Of a stretch of DNA of 26,534 nucleotides, positions 6,677 to 14,709 are shown in pieces (position 1 is the first letter of the stretch; each line of letters starts with the position of its first letter). Location of the stretch: the NCBI GenBank assembly GCA_964514975.1, contig CAZESS010000024.1, positions 1-26,534 of the forward strand, read 5' to 3'. The translations under genes were made by a program, and so were the position numbers. This DNA comes from an uncultured Thermoplasmatales archaeon (GTDB lineage: Archaea; Thermoplasmatota; E2; UBA202; DSCA01). The notes beneath the pieces were generated by a model. It was not told the origin of the DNA and made no database searches. It worked only from the letters and a program-made list of their open reading frames with translations.

Positions 6677-8996
6677 CCATCTGCTGGAAAAGGATGGCAC
6701 CGTCCATCTGGTCGACGTGTTCGGCGCGGATGACGAGCAGCTCATGCTGATAAGCCGGGAGATGGGGCTGGCGTTGAGCCTAGATGAGATGCGGCGCATC
6801 AGGGACTATTTTGATGAGCAGGGCCGCCGTCCGACCGATTTGGAGCTGCAGGCGCTCGGGCAGGCATGGAGCGAGCACTGCTGCTACAAGTCGTCGTCGC
6901 CGGTGCTCCAGGAGCACGTGTATGGCATCGAGGAGGACCGCATCGTCGCACGCGAAGATGCGGGGGTCATCGAGTTCGACGACGAGCATTACTATGTAGC
7001 TGCGCTGGAGTCCCATAACCATCCATCGGCCATCGAGCCCTATGGCGGCGCTGCCACGGGCATCGGCGGCATCGTCCGCGACGTGTTGTGCATGGGCGCG
7101 CAGCCCGTCGCATTGGTAGACCCCCTGTTTTTCGGCCCGCTCGGGTACGAGCATGCACGGCTGCCGCAGGGTGTGAAGCATCCCCGGTATCTGTTCAAGC
7201 GCGTGGTTGAGGGTATCCGTGACTATGGCAACCGTATCGGTATTCCGACGGTGGCGGGACAGGTCTGTTTTCATGATGGCTACGTGGGCAACTGCCTGGT
7301 GAACGTCGGCTGTGTCGGCATCGTCGAAAAACGGCATCTGACCCATAGCAGGGTTGAGCGTCCCGGTGACGTGTACATCTACGCCGGCGGCAGAACTGGC
7401 CGCGATGGCATCCATGGCGTGACGTTTGCGTCCGGGGAGCTGCATGAGGAGTCGGAGGAGGAGTCGATCTCGGCGGTGCAGCTCGGCGACCCGATTACCA
7501 AGGAGCCGCTCATCCATGCCTGCCTGGAGTGTGTGGAGGCCGACCTGGTTGCGGGTATGAAGGACATGGGCGGCGGCGGTTTGTCCTGTGTCTGCGGTGA
7601 GCTTGCACATGAAGCGGGCTACGGCGCCGAGATACAGCTTGGCAGCATCCCATTGAAGGAGGCGGACATGGAGCCCTGGGAGATATGGGTGTCGGAGTCG
7701 CAGGAGCGGATGATGCTGGTCGTTCGCCCGGAGAACGTCGACGCTGTTCTGGATGTGTTCAACCGGTGGGATGTGGAGGCGGTGGAGGTTGGCAGGGTCA
7801 TCGAGGAGCCGCTGGTCCGCCTGTGGTATCACGGCCAGCGTATCGGCGAGCTCGACCTCCGTTTCCAGGTGTCCGGTCCATGCTATCGGCGGCCCTGGGA
7901 GACGCCACCTGACCGGGAGACATCTGACCCGGTGTTTGACATGCCCGATGACCTCAACGCGACGGTGCTCTCGATGCTGTCGATGGCCGACATCGCATCG
8001 CGGAGCTGGGTCATCAGGCAGTATGACCACGAGGTGCGCGGGAGCACCGTCTGCACGCCACTGCAGGGACCCGTGGGATGGCAGACGCATGGCGATGCAG
8101 CCGTCGTCAAGCCGCTCCGTGACTCGTATCGCGGCCTGGCAGTCACCGCCGACGTCAACCCGTTTTACATGTCCATCAGTCCCTATCATGGCGCCCGGGC
8201 CGCCGTCGACGAGGTGTGCCGGAATCTCGTCGCGGTTGGCGCACATCCGGACAGCATCGGGGACTGCCTCAACTTCGGCAACCCGGAGAAGCCGGAGCGG
8301 ATGGGCGAGCTCCGCGAGGCCACACGCGGCCTGGGCGAGATGGCCCGGGCGCTGCATCTGCCCTTTATCTCCGGCAACGTCAGCCTGTACAATGAAACCC
8401 CGGCGGGAGCTGTCCCGCCGACCCCCTCACTGCTGGGCATCGGCATCGTCGACGACGTCCGGCGCTGCGTGACCACGCCGTTCAAGGCGGAGGGCAACCC
8501 GGTATACCTCCTGGGCGACACCAGGCGGGAGCTCGGCGGGAGCGCCTATTATCGGTGGCTGCAGCATCCGGGCGGCAGGGTGCCTAGGAGCGATACGGCG
8601 CTGCTGCAGAAGAGCCTGGATGTACTCCTGGACGCCATGCGGGATGGACAGGTGGCAGCCTGCCATGATGTCGGCGCCGGTGGCCTGGGGGTCTGCCTGG
8701 CCGATATGGCGATGGGTGGCCGTGGCGCCGAGCTCTGCCTGTACGGGATAGACGGGCTCCGCACCGACCTGAAGCTGTTTTCCGAGTCAAACACGCGGTG
8801 GGTGGCGGAGGTCAAAAAAGAACGGGTGGATGCGTTCGAGGCATCGATGGCAGAGGTGCCGCATATCCGGCTGGGAGAGACCGGCGGCGACCATCTCACC
8901 GTGTATGACGGCGATGACATATGCCGCTATCTGCATCTCTCTGCCGCCGAGCTGCGGCAGGCATGGTGCACGTTCCTTCCGGATATGATGGGATAG
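6669..8996 (+). CDS. purL: phosphoribosylformylglycinamidine synthase subunit PurL (small type)
   Basis: WSEHCCYKSS, ESHNHPSAIEPYGGAATG, GRDGIHG, SESQERM, DCLNFGNPE, SGNVSLYNE; 775 aa. Confidence 0.97.
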   Translation: MIDHLLEKDGTVHLVDVFGADDEQLMLISREMGLALSLDEMRRIRDYFDEQGRRPTDLELQALGQAWSEHCCYKSSSPVLQEHVYGIEEDRIVAREDAGVIEFDDEHYYVAALESHNHPSAIEPYGGAATGIGGIVRDVLCMGAQPVALVDPLFFGPLGYEHARLPQGVKHPRYLFKRVVEGIRDYGNRIGIPTVAGQVCFHDGYVGNCLVNVGCVGIVEKRHLTHSRVERPGDVYIYAGGRTGRDGIHGVTFASGELHEESEEESISAVQLGDPITKEPLIHACLECVEADLVAGMKDMGGGGLSCVCGELAHEAGYGAEIQLGSIPLKEADMEPWEIWVSESQERMMLVVRPENVDAVLDVFNRWDVEAVEVGRVIEEPLVRLWYHGQRIGELDLRFQVSGPCYRRPWETPPDRETSDPVFDMPDDLNATVLSMLSMADIASRSWVIRQYDHEVRGSTVCTPLQGPVGWQTHGDAAVVKPLRDSYRGLAVTADVNPFYMSISPYHGARAAVDEVCRNLVAVGAHPDSIGDCLNFGNPEKPERMGELREATRGLGEMARALHLPFISGNVSLYNETPAGAVPPTPSLLGIGIVDDVRRCVTTPFKAEGNPVYLLGDTRRELGGSAYYRWLQHPGGRVPRSDTALLQKSLDVLLDAMRDGQVAACHDVGAGGLGVCLADMAMGGRGAELCLYGIDGLRTDLKLFSESNTRWVAEVKKERVDAFEASMAEVPHIRLGETGGDHLTVYDGDDICRYLHLSAAELRQAWCTFLPDMMG

Positions 8997-9000
8997 CCGT

Positions 9001-9195
9001 TTAGTCCTCGATGATCTCTACGTTGACGGCCTTGGGCCCCTTGGGTTCCTCCTCTATTTCGAAGGTGACCTTTTGTCCCTCCTGGAGCGGCATGCCCGTG
9101 TTGACGTCGGACAGATGCACGAATATGTCCTCGTCGCGGTCCGGGGTGCCGATGAACCCGTAGGAGACAAGCCATCGCTTGATGGTTCCTTCCAT
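9001..9195 (-). CDS. cold-shock domain protein
   Basis: GTIKRW..YGFI, DIFVHLSDV, LQEGQKVTFEIE...KGPKAVNV. ATG 9195 is preceded by an SD-like AGGTGA. Confidence 0.9.
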   Translation of the reverse strand: MEGTIKRWLVSYGFIGTPDRDEDIFVHLSDVNTGMPLQEGQKVTFEIEEEPKGPKAVNVEIIED

Positions 9196-9300
9196 GTGTT
9201 CACCTGGGGTGTCCAGCTTTTCCATCTCGTTGCCTTATAAGTATGTTGTGCCCTTTGTCGTCCACCTACACATTCTTATACGCCGCTGGCATACCATTCC

Positions 9301-10092
9301 ATGTCGCTTCCAGACAGCCTGACCAACGTCGTCGTCGCCGGAAAAAGCGGCGCCGGCAAGCAGCCCCGCATCGACGTTCTCGTCGACATGTACGGGCTCG
9401 AGCAGCTCTCCACCGGTACCATGTTCCGGAGCTACCTGGCCGCCTATGACCGCTACGGCTACGACGACTCCCCCGAGCGATTCTGGAACGGGGAAACAGG
9501 CACCTTTGTTTCGGACGAGGCTATCATGGACGAGCTGGGTACCGACAACGGCGACGTCGTCCTCGGCCTGAAGGCAAAATATTTCGTCGAGCAGGGCCGC
9601 TACGTGCCCGACCACCTAACCAACGAGCTGTTCCAGGCGGCGTTCGCCGAGCGCGGCTACCGGGAGCAGGTGCTCGACGGCTATCCCCGGACCAGGGAGC
9701 AGGCACGGTTTCTCCTCGAGCTCACAGACGAACATGACAGCCACATCGACTTCGTGCTCTGGGTCACCAACGCAGACGAAAAAATCATCGAGCGGACCAC
9801 CCGCCGGCGCATCTGCCCGGAATGCGGCGCCGTCTACCATCTCGACCACCGGCCGCCCGACAACGGCAGATGCAGCGCATGCGGCGCCGAGGTGGTGCAG
9901 CGTTCAGATGACACCGAGGAAAAAATCCGGTCGCGGCTGCAGGAGTTCAAGACGAAGACGCTGCCGGCGCTCCGGCTTCTCCAGAACCAGGGCATCCCCA
10001 TCGCCAAGGTTTCAGGCCATCTCGAGGAGTTCACCGAGGAAAACGTCCGCCGCAGCGTGATAGAGGCCCTCGAAACAATCTATGGACCCTGA
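9301..10092 (+). CDS. adk: adenylate kinase family protein (bacterial-type, Zn-LID) with insertion
   Basis: GKSGAGK P-loop, LSTG, G.YVPD, LDGYPRT..QA, RRICPEC...CSAC LID, QRSDD. Confidence 0.85.
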   Translation: MSLPDSLTNVVVAGKSGAGKQPRIDVLVDMYGLEQLSTGTMFRSYLAAYDRYGYDDSPERFWNGETGTFVSDEAIMDELGTDNGDVVLGLKAKYFVEQGRYVPDHLTNELFQAAFAERGYREQVLDGYPRTREQARFLLELTDEHDSHIDFVLWVTNADEKIIERTTRRRICPECGAVYHLDHRPPDNGRCSACGAEVVQRSDDTEEKIRSRLQEFKTKTLPALRLLQNQGIPIAKVSGHLEEFTEENVRRSVIEALETIYGP

Positions 10093-10134
10093 CGGGTCGA
10101 TAAAGCTATGTAAGGCCACCTGGTTATACCGCCC

Positions 10135-10689
10135 ATGCAACGTATCGTGCTCGCCGTCACCGGCGCCTCCGGCGTCATCTACGGCGTCCGGACGCTCGAG
10201 GAACTCAGCCGGGCAGGCTGCAGCATCCATCTCATCGTGTCGGAAAGCGCCCGGACGATTTTATCCCATGAAACCGACCGCTCCGTTGACGACCTGGCAG
10301 CGCTGGCCGACGAATACATCGCGGAAAACGACATCGCCGCAGCCGTTGCCAGCGGCTCCTCGCGCTATGACGCAGCCGTCATCGTTCCATGCAGCCTCAA
10401 AACGCTGGCCGGCATCGCCCATGGCTATGCAAGCAACGTCATCATCCGGATGGCAATGGTCAGCCTCAAGGAAGGACGGCCGCTCGTGGTGGTGCCACGG
10501 GAAACCCCGCTCGACCTGGTCAGCCTCCAGAACATGGTCCGGGTGCGGCAGGCCGGCGCAACCGTGCTCCCGGCGATGCCCGGCTTCTATCATCTACCCA
10601 GACAGGTGGACGACCTCGTCGACCATCTGGTCGGAAAAATACTCGATCAGCTCGGCATCGAACATGATCTCTTCAAACGGTGGGGCTAG
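10135..10689 (+). CDS. ubiX: flavin prenyltransferase UbiX
   Basis: AVTGASG..YG, ASGS, PCSLKTLAGIAHG, LKEGRPLVVVPRETP, PAMPGFYH. Confidence 0.95.
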   Translation: MQRIVLAVTGASGVIYGVRTLEELSRAGCSIHLIVSESARTILSHETDRSVDDLAALADEYIAENDIAAAVASGSSRYDAAVIVPCSLKTLAGIAHGYASNVIIRMAMVSLKEGRPLVVVPRETPLDLVSLQNMVRVRQAGATVLPAMPGFYHLPRQVDDLVDHLVGKILDQLGIEHDLFKRWG

Positions 10690-11702
10690 TCAAACAATCG
10701 CTGCAGCATCCATTCCGGCGTGAACACTATCTGGTCATCGTATTCCTGTCCGTTGCCGATGAACAGCAGAGGCTTGCCGATGGTGTAGGCGATGGACAGC
10801 GCAGCGCCGCCCTTCGCATCGGCGTCCACCTTGTTGAGAATGATGCCGTCGATGGGCACAACCTGGTTGAAGCGCTTTGCCTGCTCCACCGCGTCGTTAC
10901 CGGTGAGCGCGTCTCCCACGAAAATGATTTTGTCGGGGTCTGCGACGCGCCGTATCTTCTTCATTTCGTCCATCAGGTTGATGTTGGTCTGCATTCTGCC
11001 GGCGGTGTCGAGCAGCACGATGTCCTTGTATTTGGCTTTTGCATGCTGGATGGCGTCATAGGCAACCGCCGCGGGATCGCTGCCGATGTCATGTTTTATT
11101 AGTTTCACGTTGAGGTTGTCGGCATGCTGCTGCAGCTGCTCGATGGCACCCGCACGGAAGGTGTCGCAGGCACCCATCACACAGGTATAGTCCCGCCCCT
11201 GGAGCTGGTGGACCAGCTTGGCGATGCTCGTGGTCTTGCCGGTGCCGTTGACACCGACGAACATCAACACCATGGGCTTGTCGCTTTCCTCGACGAACAT
11301 CCAGAAGTTTTCCTCCGAAGCAGATAAAATGTTGGCGATGGCTTTTTTCAGTGTCGCCCGAACCGCCTCCCCCGGCTTCCTGCTGGCCATGGCGGGCAGC
11401 TGCCGCTTCACGGTCTTCTTGATGTCCTCGACCACCGGCAGCGCGACGTCCGCTTCCAGCAGCCCCATCTCCAGGTTCCAGAGCAGCTCATCCAGCTTTT
11501 TCTCGCTCATCCGGAGCTTCGTGCCCGCTGCTGTATCGCTGCCGAGCTGTTTTTCAAGCTCCAGCTGCTTCTCAAGCTCGCTTTCCACCTTCTGCTCGAC
11601 CTGCCGGTCGCGCTCCGTGTCCTCCGCCACCTCGGTTTTTTCGACCTCGCGCTCGAGGGCGTCCTCAAACTTTTTGAACTTCTTTTTCAGAAAATCGAAC
11701 AT
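10686..11702 (-). CDS. ftsY: signal recognition particle receptor FtsY
   Basis: GVNGTGKTT, DTFRAGA, DTAGR, DADAKGG. Start MFDFLKKKF at 11702. Confidence 0.96.
   Translation of the reverse strand: MFDFLKKKFKKFEDALEREVEKTEVAEDTERDRQVEQKVESELEKQLELEKQLGSDTAAGTKLRMSEKKLDELLWNLEMGLLEADVALPVVEDIKKTVKRQLPAMASRKPGEAVRATLKKAIANILSASEENFWMFVEESDKPMVLMFVGVNGTGKTTSIAKLVHQLQGRDYTCVMGACDTFRAGAIEQLQQHADNLNVKLIKHDIGSDPAAVAYDAIQHAKAKYKDIVLLDTAGRMQTNINLMDEMKKIRRVADPDKIIFVGDALTGNDAVEQAKRFNQVVPIDGIILNKVDADAKGGAALSIAYTIGKPLLFIGNGQEYDDQIVFTPEWMLQRLFD
11544..11579 (-). repeat. imperfect 18-nt tandem duplication encoding ELEKQL x2 in the FtsY acidic region
   Basis: gagctgtttttcaagctc / cagctgcttctcaagctc on the + strand. 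Confidence 0.7.
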
Positions 11703-11715
11703 CGCAATCGAAGCC

Positions 11716-12114
11716 TCAGCCCTGCAGCCGCTGTTGCAGTTCCTGCACGCGGGCCCTGATGTCCTGCGAGGTGTCGATGAGCTGTTCCTCCTGCTTCCGG
11801 AGCTCCTCGATGCGCCTATCCAGGAAATCGATGGCGGTGCTGACCGACTTCTCGGTAACGACGTCGCTGCCAACGCCGGTGAGCACCTTTTCCGTGTCCG
11901 CTATCGTGGCGCGCATGAACACGTTGCCGCCCAGGGGGACGAGCATCTGTTCGCCCTCGCTGCTCTCGACGATCTCCTCAAGAGCACTCTGGGCCTGCTG
12001 GCACTCCCGGATAAACTCGTCGAGCAGCTGCACCTGCCGGTAGAGCCGGTCCATCTGTTCCTGGTACTCCTGCATGCGGTACAGGTCATCCTGCTGCGTC
12101 GTTCCTGCTTCCAT
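11716..12114 (-). CDS. pfdA: prefoldin subunit alpha
   Basis: Coiled coils flanking MLVPLGGNVF...VLTGVGSDVVTEK; canonical position between rpl18a and ftsY. Confidence 0.93.
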   Translation of the reverse strand: MEAGTTQQDDLYRMQEYQEQMDRLYRQVQLLDEFIRECQQAQSALEEIVESSEGEQMLVPLGGNVFMRATIADTEKVLTGVGSDVVTEKSVSTAIDFLDRRIEELRKQEEQLIDTSQDIRARVQELQQRLQG

Positions 12115-12119
12115 ACATC

Positions 12120-12347
12120 TCACCTCTCAAGCTGATATCTGACGGTCATGTCCTCCACGTCCTCCACCGACAGCTCCTCGACCGTGTCAATATGAATCAT
12201 CTTCCGCTTCACTCGATGATGGCTGCCAAACAGGGAAAGTGTCTTCTCCTTCGCGCCGCCCTCATCATCGCTGACAACCTCCTTTTTGAACGGCTGCCAC
12301 CTGTTCTTCATGTAAAAGGTTCCCTCAACCCGGTATGCTTTTGCCAT
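12120..12347 (-). CDS. rpl18a: 50S ribosomal protein L18Ae (eL20/LX)
   Basis: YRVEG.F, F.KEV, SLFGSHHRVKR..IHI; operon position. Confidence 0.92.
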   Translation of the reverse strand: MAKAYRVEGTFYMKNRWQPFKKEVVSDDEGGAKEKTLSLFGSHHRVKRKMIHIDTVEELSVEDVEDMTVRYQLER

Positions 12348-12348
12348 T

Positions 12349-13020
12349 TTAGTCACCTGCTAAACGCAATGCTTCCTCTATCCGACCCATCTCGATGCCC
12401 GTGGTCGCAGTTCCCATGACCGCGCCGGTGCCGTTGGCCACGATGCCCGCCCCAACATAGGGAACGCCATGGTTGACGGTGCCGATGTCAACGTCCACGC
12501 CGAAAAGCGCTTCAAGCTGCTCTTGTTCCTCCTCATCCACCTTTGGATGACACAGGAGGCCCCTGTTGGTGGCGACGGCGACCATGCCAACGGTCTTTAT
12601 CGACGAGATGGTGCCGCGCTGCGCCTCCACATCCAGCACGTCCTTTATATCATTTGTCGTATCATCCCCCAGCATGGGATGGACGAGCGCGCCGGTGTCG
12701 TTGACCAGGACGTTGTTGCCAGCCGCGTTGAAATTGTCCATCATGACGAGGACGTTGCCGTCGAAATGATGCCGCAATGTTTGAAGCTCGGGGTCAGCGA
12801 TGAAATCAGTCACGATGGCGCCATGCGAGTTCATGGCGAGCAGCGACCCGGTGATGGGGCTGCCGCCGATGGCGAGCGTGACAACCTCGACGTCGAGCGC
12901 GGCTGCCACCTGCTCCCGGCTTTTTTCCGCCAGATATGGGTCGATGAACGCGACGTCGTCGTTTGCCCTGCAGTAGACGCCGAGATAGGGATTGTTGTTA
13001 AAATCCAGCCGTTTCAGCAT
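12349..13020 (-). CDS. eif6: translation initiation factor 6 (aIF6)
   Basis: NPYLGVY, GSLLAMNSHG, GNNVLVND.GALVHP, GTVNHG.PYVGAG, TTGIEMGRIE. Start ATG 13020 or GTG 13026. Confidence 0.95.
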   Translation of the reverse strand: MLKRLDFNNNPYLGVYCRANDDVAFIDPYLAEKSREQVAAALDVEVVTLAIGGSPITGSLLAMNSHGAIVTDFIADPELQTLRHHFDGNVLVMMDNFNAAGNNVLVNDTGALVHPMLGDDTTNDIKDVLDVEAQRGTISSIKTVGMVAVATNRGLLCHPKVDEEEQEQLEALFGVDVDIGTVNHGVPYVGAGIVANGTGAVMGTATTGIEMGRIEEALRLAGD

Positions 13021-13030
13021 GGTCACGACA

Positions 13031-13657
13031 CTATGCCGCCTCCTTCTCCTGCTCCGCCTCGTCGCTCTGCTTTTCCGCTTCTTCCTCTGCGGGTGCTTCG
13101 CCCTCTACCTCGGTTTCCTCCTCGCCTTGTTCCTCGGGGGTTTCTTCCGGGGTGTCTTCCGCTGGTTTGGGCTCTGCCGCTTCTTCGGGCGCTTCAGGTG
13201 CCTCCTCTCCCTCGGCTGCTTCCGCTGGCTCCTCGAGCGGCTCTTCTACCGGTTCTTCCGGTGCCTCCGCGGCTTCTGCTGCCGCCGCCGTTGGCTCCTC
13301 CATCTCCCCGGGCGCTTCTGCCGCCTCGGCCGCCTCTTCTGCTTCCTCGGCGGGCGGCGCCGCTTCCTCTTTTTCTTCCTCTTCTTCACGGCGCTCGACG
13401 ACCTCTGCCTCCGGGGTGTACGCCCAGACGACGCCGTCGTCACCCTTGACGCCCTTCACCCGGATACGGCCGGGGATGTTGCCGCGGCCGCCCGTCCAGA
13501 TGGCCTCGTTCAGGCTGGCGTCCAGATGAACCTCGTCGCTTTTCATGTGCCTGGCCAAAAAACGCCGTATCTCCTTGACCGCGCGGTTGGTGCGGCGGGG
13601 CCGCGGCAGTGACTTTATCCGCATCAATGGAATAGTATAAATCCGTTCTTCTGGCAT
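13031..13657 (-). CDS. rpl31e: 50S ribosomal protein L31e with long acidic C-terminal extension
   Basis: ERIYTIPL, RR..RAVKEIR.FLARHMK, LNEAIW.GG...P.RIRV core (~82 aa), then ~125 aa of E/A/P-rich sequence. SD-like GGTGA upstream. Confidence 0.93.
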   Translation of the reverse strand: MPEERIYTIPLMRIKSLPRPRRTNRAVKEIRRFLARHMKSDEVHLDASLNEAIWTGGRGNIPGRIRVKGVKGDDGVVWAYTPEAEVVERREEEEEKEEAAPPAEEAEEAAEAAEAPGEMEEPTAAAAEAAEAPEEPVEEPLEEPAEAAEGEEAPEAPEEAAEPKPAEDTPEETPEEQGEEETEVEGEAPAEEEAEKQSDEAEQEKEAA

Positions 13658-13674
13658 TTCATCACCGTTTTAGA

Positions 13675-13830
13675 TTACTTTTTTAGATTGCTTCGGCGCC
13701 AGTTGCGGCGCTTGGGATGGCGGAGAAACCGCCGGTTTGTCTTCATGATGATCCAGGCGGGTACGCGCCTGTTCTGCTTGGTCGCCTTGTTCAGGCGTTT
13801 CTTTTTTCCCAGAGACTTGTTTCGTGACAT
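13675..13830 (-). CDS. rpl39e: 50S ribosomal protein L39e (not in ORF track)
   Basis: [51 protein letters not shown], 51 aa. Start overlaps the PDCD5-like stop; GGAGG upstream. Confidence 0.96.
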   Translation of the reverse strand: MSRNKSLGKKKRLNKATKQNRRVPAWIIMKTNRRFLRHPKRRNWRRSNLKK

Positions 13831-14156
13831 CATTTCCTCCGTATGTTTATATCTCGCTTTTTCGGCGTCAGTCGTTTGATGACCTCTTGAAACTGCTCGT
13901 CGTCGATTTTTTCCTGTATCCGCCCCATCTGATAGAGCCGGATGAGTTGATTTTCCATCATCTCCGCGCGCTGCGGCTGCGCGACGCGGATGCGCCCGAG
14001 ACGCTCCCGGGCCTCCGGCGTGAGTATCTGGCGGAGCAGCGCTTTTTTTTGCGCCTGCAGGTATTCCTCCTGCTCTTCACGTGTTTCCTGCTGTCCTTCC
14101 TGCTGTTGCTGCTGCATTTCCTTCATCATGCGCCGCTTGATGTCCTCTGCATCCAT
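13830..14156 (-). CDS. PDCD5-like dsDNA-binding protein
   Basis: [24 protein letters not shown]-terminal DINIRRK; canonical position after rps19e. Confidence 0.92.
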   Translation of the reverse strand: MDAEDIKRRMMKEMQQQQQEGQQETREEQEEYLQAQKKALLRQILTPEARERLGRIRVAQPQRAEMMENQLIRLYQMGRIQEKIDDEQFQEVIKRLTPKKRDINIRRK

Positions 14157-14175
14157 AGTTCCACACAACTTATTT

Positions 14176-14183
14176 TATTTAAG
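14176..14183 (-). promoter_or_regulatory. candidate internal TATA box for the PDCD5-rpl39e...ftsY genes
   Basis: CTTAAATA on the minus strand in the AT-rich rps19e-PDCD5 gap, ~27 nt before ATG 14156. Confidence 0.5.
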
Positions 14184-14188
14184 GTTTA

Positions 14189-14608
14189 TCATGCCGACGC
14201 GACGTCGTTCGCGACGGCGTCGACCAGCGCCTGGCCGTCGGATGTGATAACGCGACCCTCGCCCGCGACCGTGGTGACCAGTCCGGCCTCCTCGAGCTGC
14301 TGCAGGCATGTCCGGACGATGGAGCCGCTGCCCTTCCTGCTCTTGTAGGGCTTCATCTTCCGGTCTCGCTTGCCGCCGTAAAAGCTGCGGAGCCGCTCCG
14401 TCCCGATGGGGCCGCGCATGTAGATCTTGCGCAGGATAGCGGCGATGCGCGTGTACCACCAGTCCGGGTCGTCGGGCTGCCGCTCCCTGTGGACGCCGGT
14501 TTTTACCCAGGCTGCCCATTCGGGCGGCTCGATGCCGTAGTCGCTGTGCAGCCGCTGCGAGAGCGATGCGATGAGCTCATCTGCTGGAACGTCATATGCA
14601 GTCGTCAT
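14189..14608 (-). CDS. rps19e: 30S ribosomal protein S19e
   Basis: PPEWAAWVKTG.HRE..P, WWYTRIAAILRKIY, YGG, GSGSI.R..LQQLE.AGLV. Start MTTAYDVP at 14608. Confidence 0.97.
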   Translation of the reverse strand: MTTAYDVPADELIASLSQRLHSDYGIEPPEWAAWVKTGVHRERQPDDPDWWYTRIAAILRKIYMRGPIGTERLRSFYGGKRDRKMKPYKSRKGSGSIVRTCLQQLEEAGLVTTVAGEGRVITSDGQALVDAVANDVASA

Positions 14609-14632
14609 TTTCTCATCGCCCAATGCGGAAGG

Positions 14633-14641
14633 TATATAAAA
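14633..14641 (-). promoter_or_regulatory. TATA box for rps19e
   Basis: TTTTATATA with A-rich BRE-like GAAAAGA upstream, ending ~25 nt before ATG 14608. Confidence 0.65.
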
Positions 14642-14709
14642 TCTTTTCACCGACGGCGCGGTCCGCGACAACAAGATGTTTATTAACGCCGACGGCATCT
14701 CCACCCACC

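Noticed and set aside
6780-8357. 525-aa antisense ORF within purL (likewise 670-1731, 12469-13449, 21110-21796 and others)
   Set aside because: Stop-poor antisense frames are expected with high GC3 codon bias; no recognisable motifs.
11703-11873. N-terminal extension of FtsY in the ORF track
   Set aside because: Overlaps pfdA in another frame; MFDFLKKKF is a typical FtsY start.
13031-13411. Possible DNA tandem repeat or CRISPR-like array
   Set aside because: No fixed unit or spacer periodicity; explained by low-complexity Glu/Ala/Pro codons of the eL31 tail.
14092-14116. Gln-rich run in the PDCD5-like protein
   Set aside because: Short Q/E-rich linkers are usual in this family.
14194-14225. 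CG-rich quasi-palindromes (also near 1890-1910)
   Set aside because: They lie inside coding ends and consist of common GTC/GAC/GCG codons; expected by chance.
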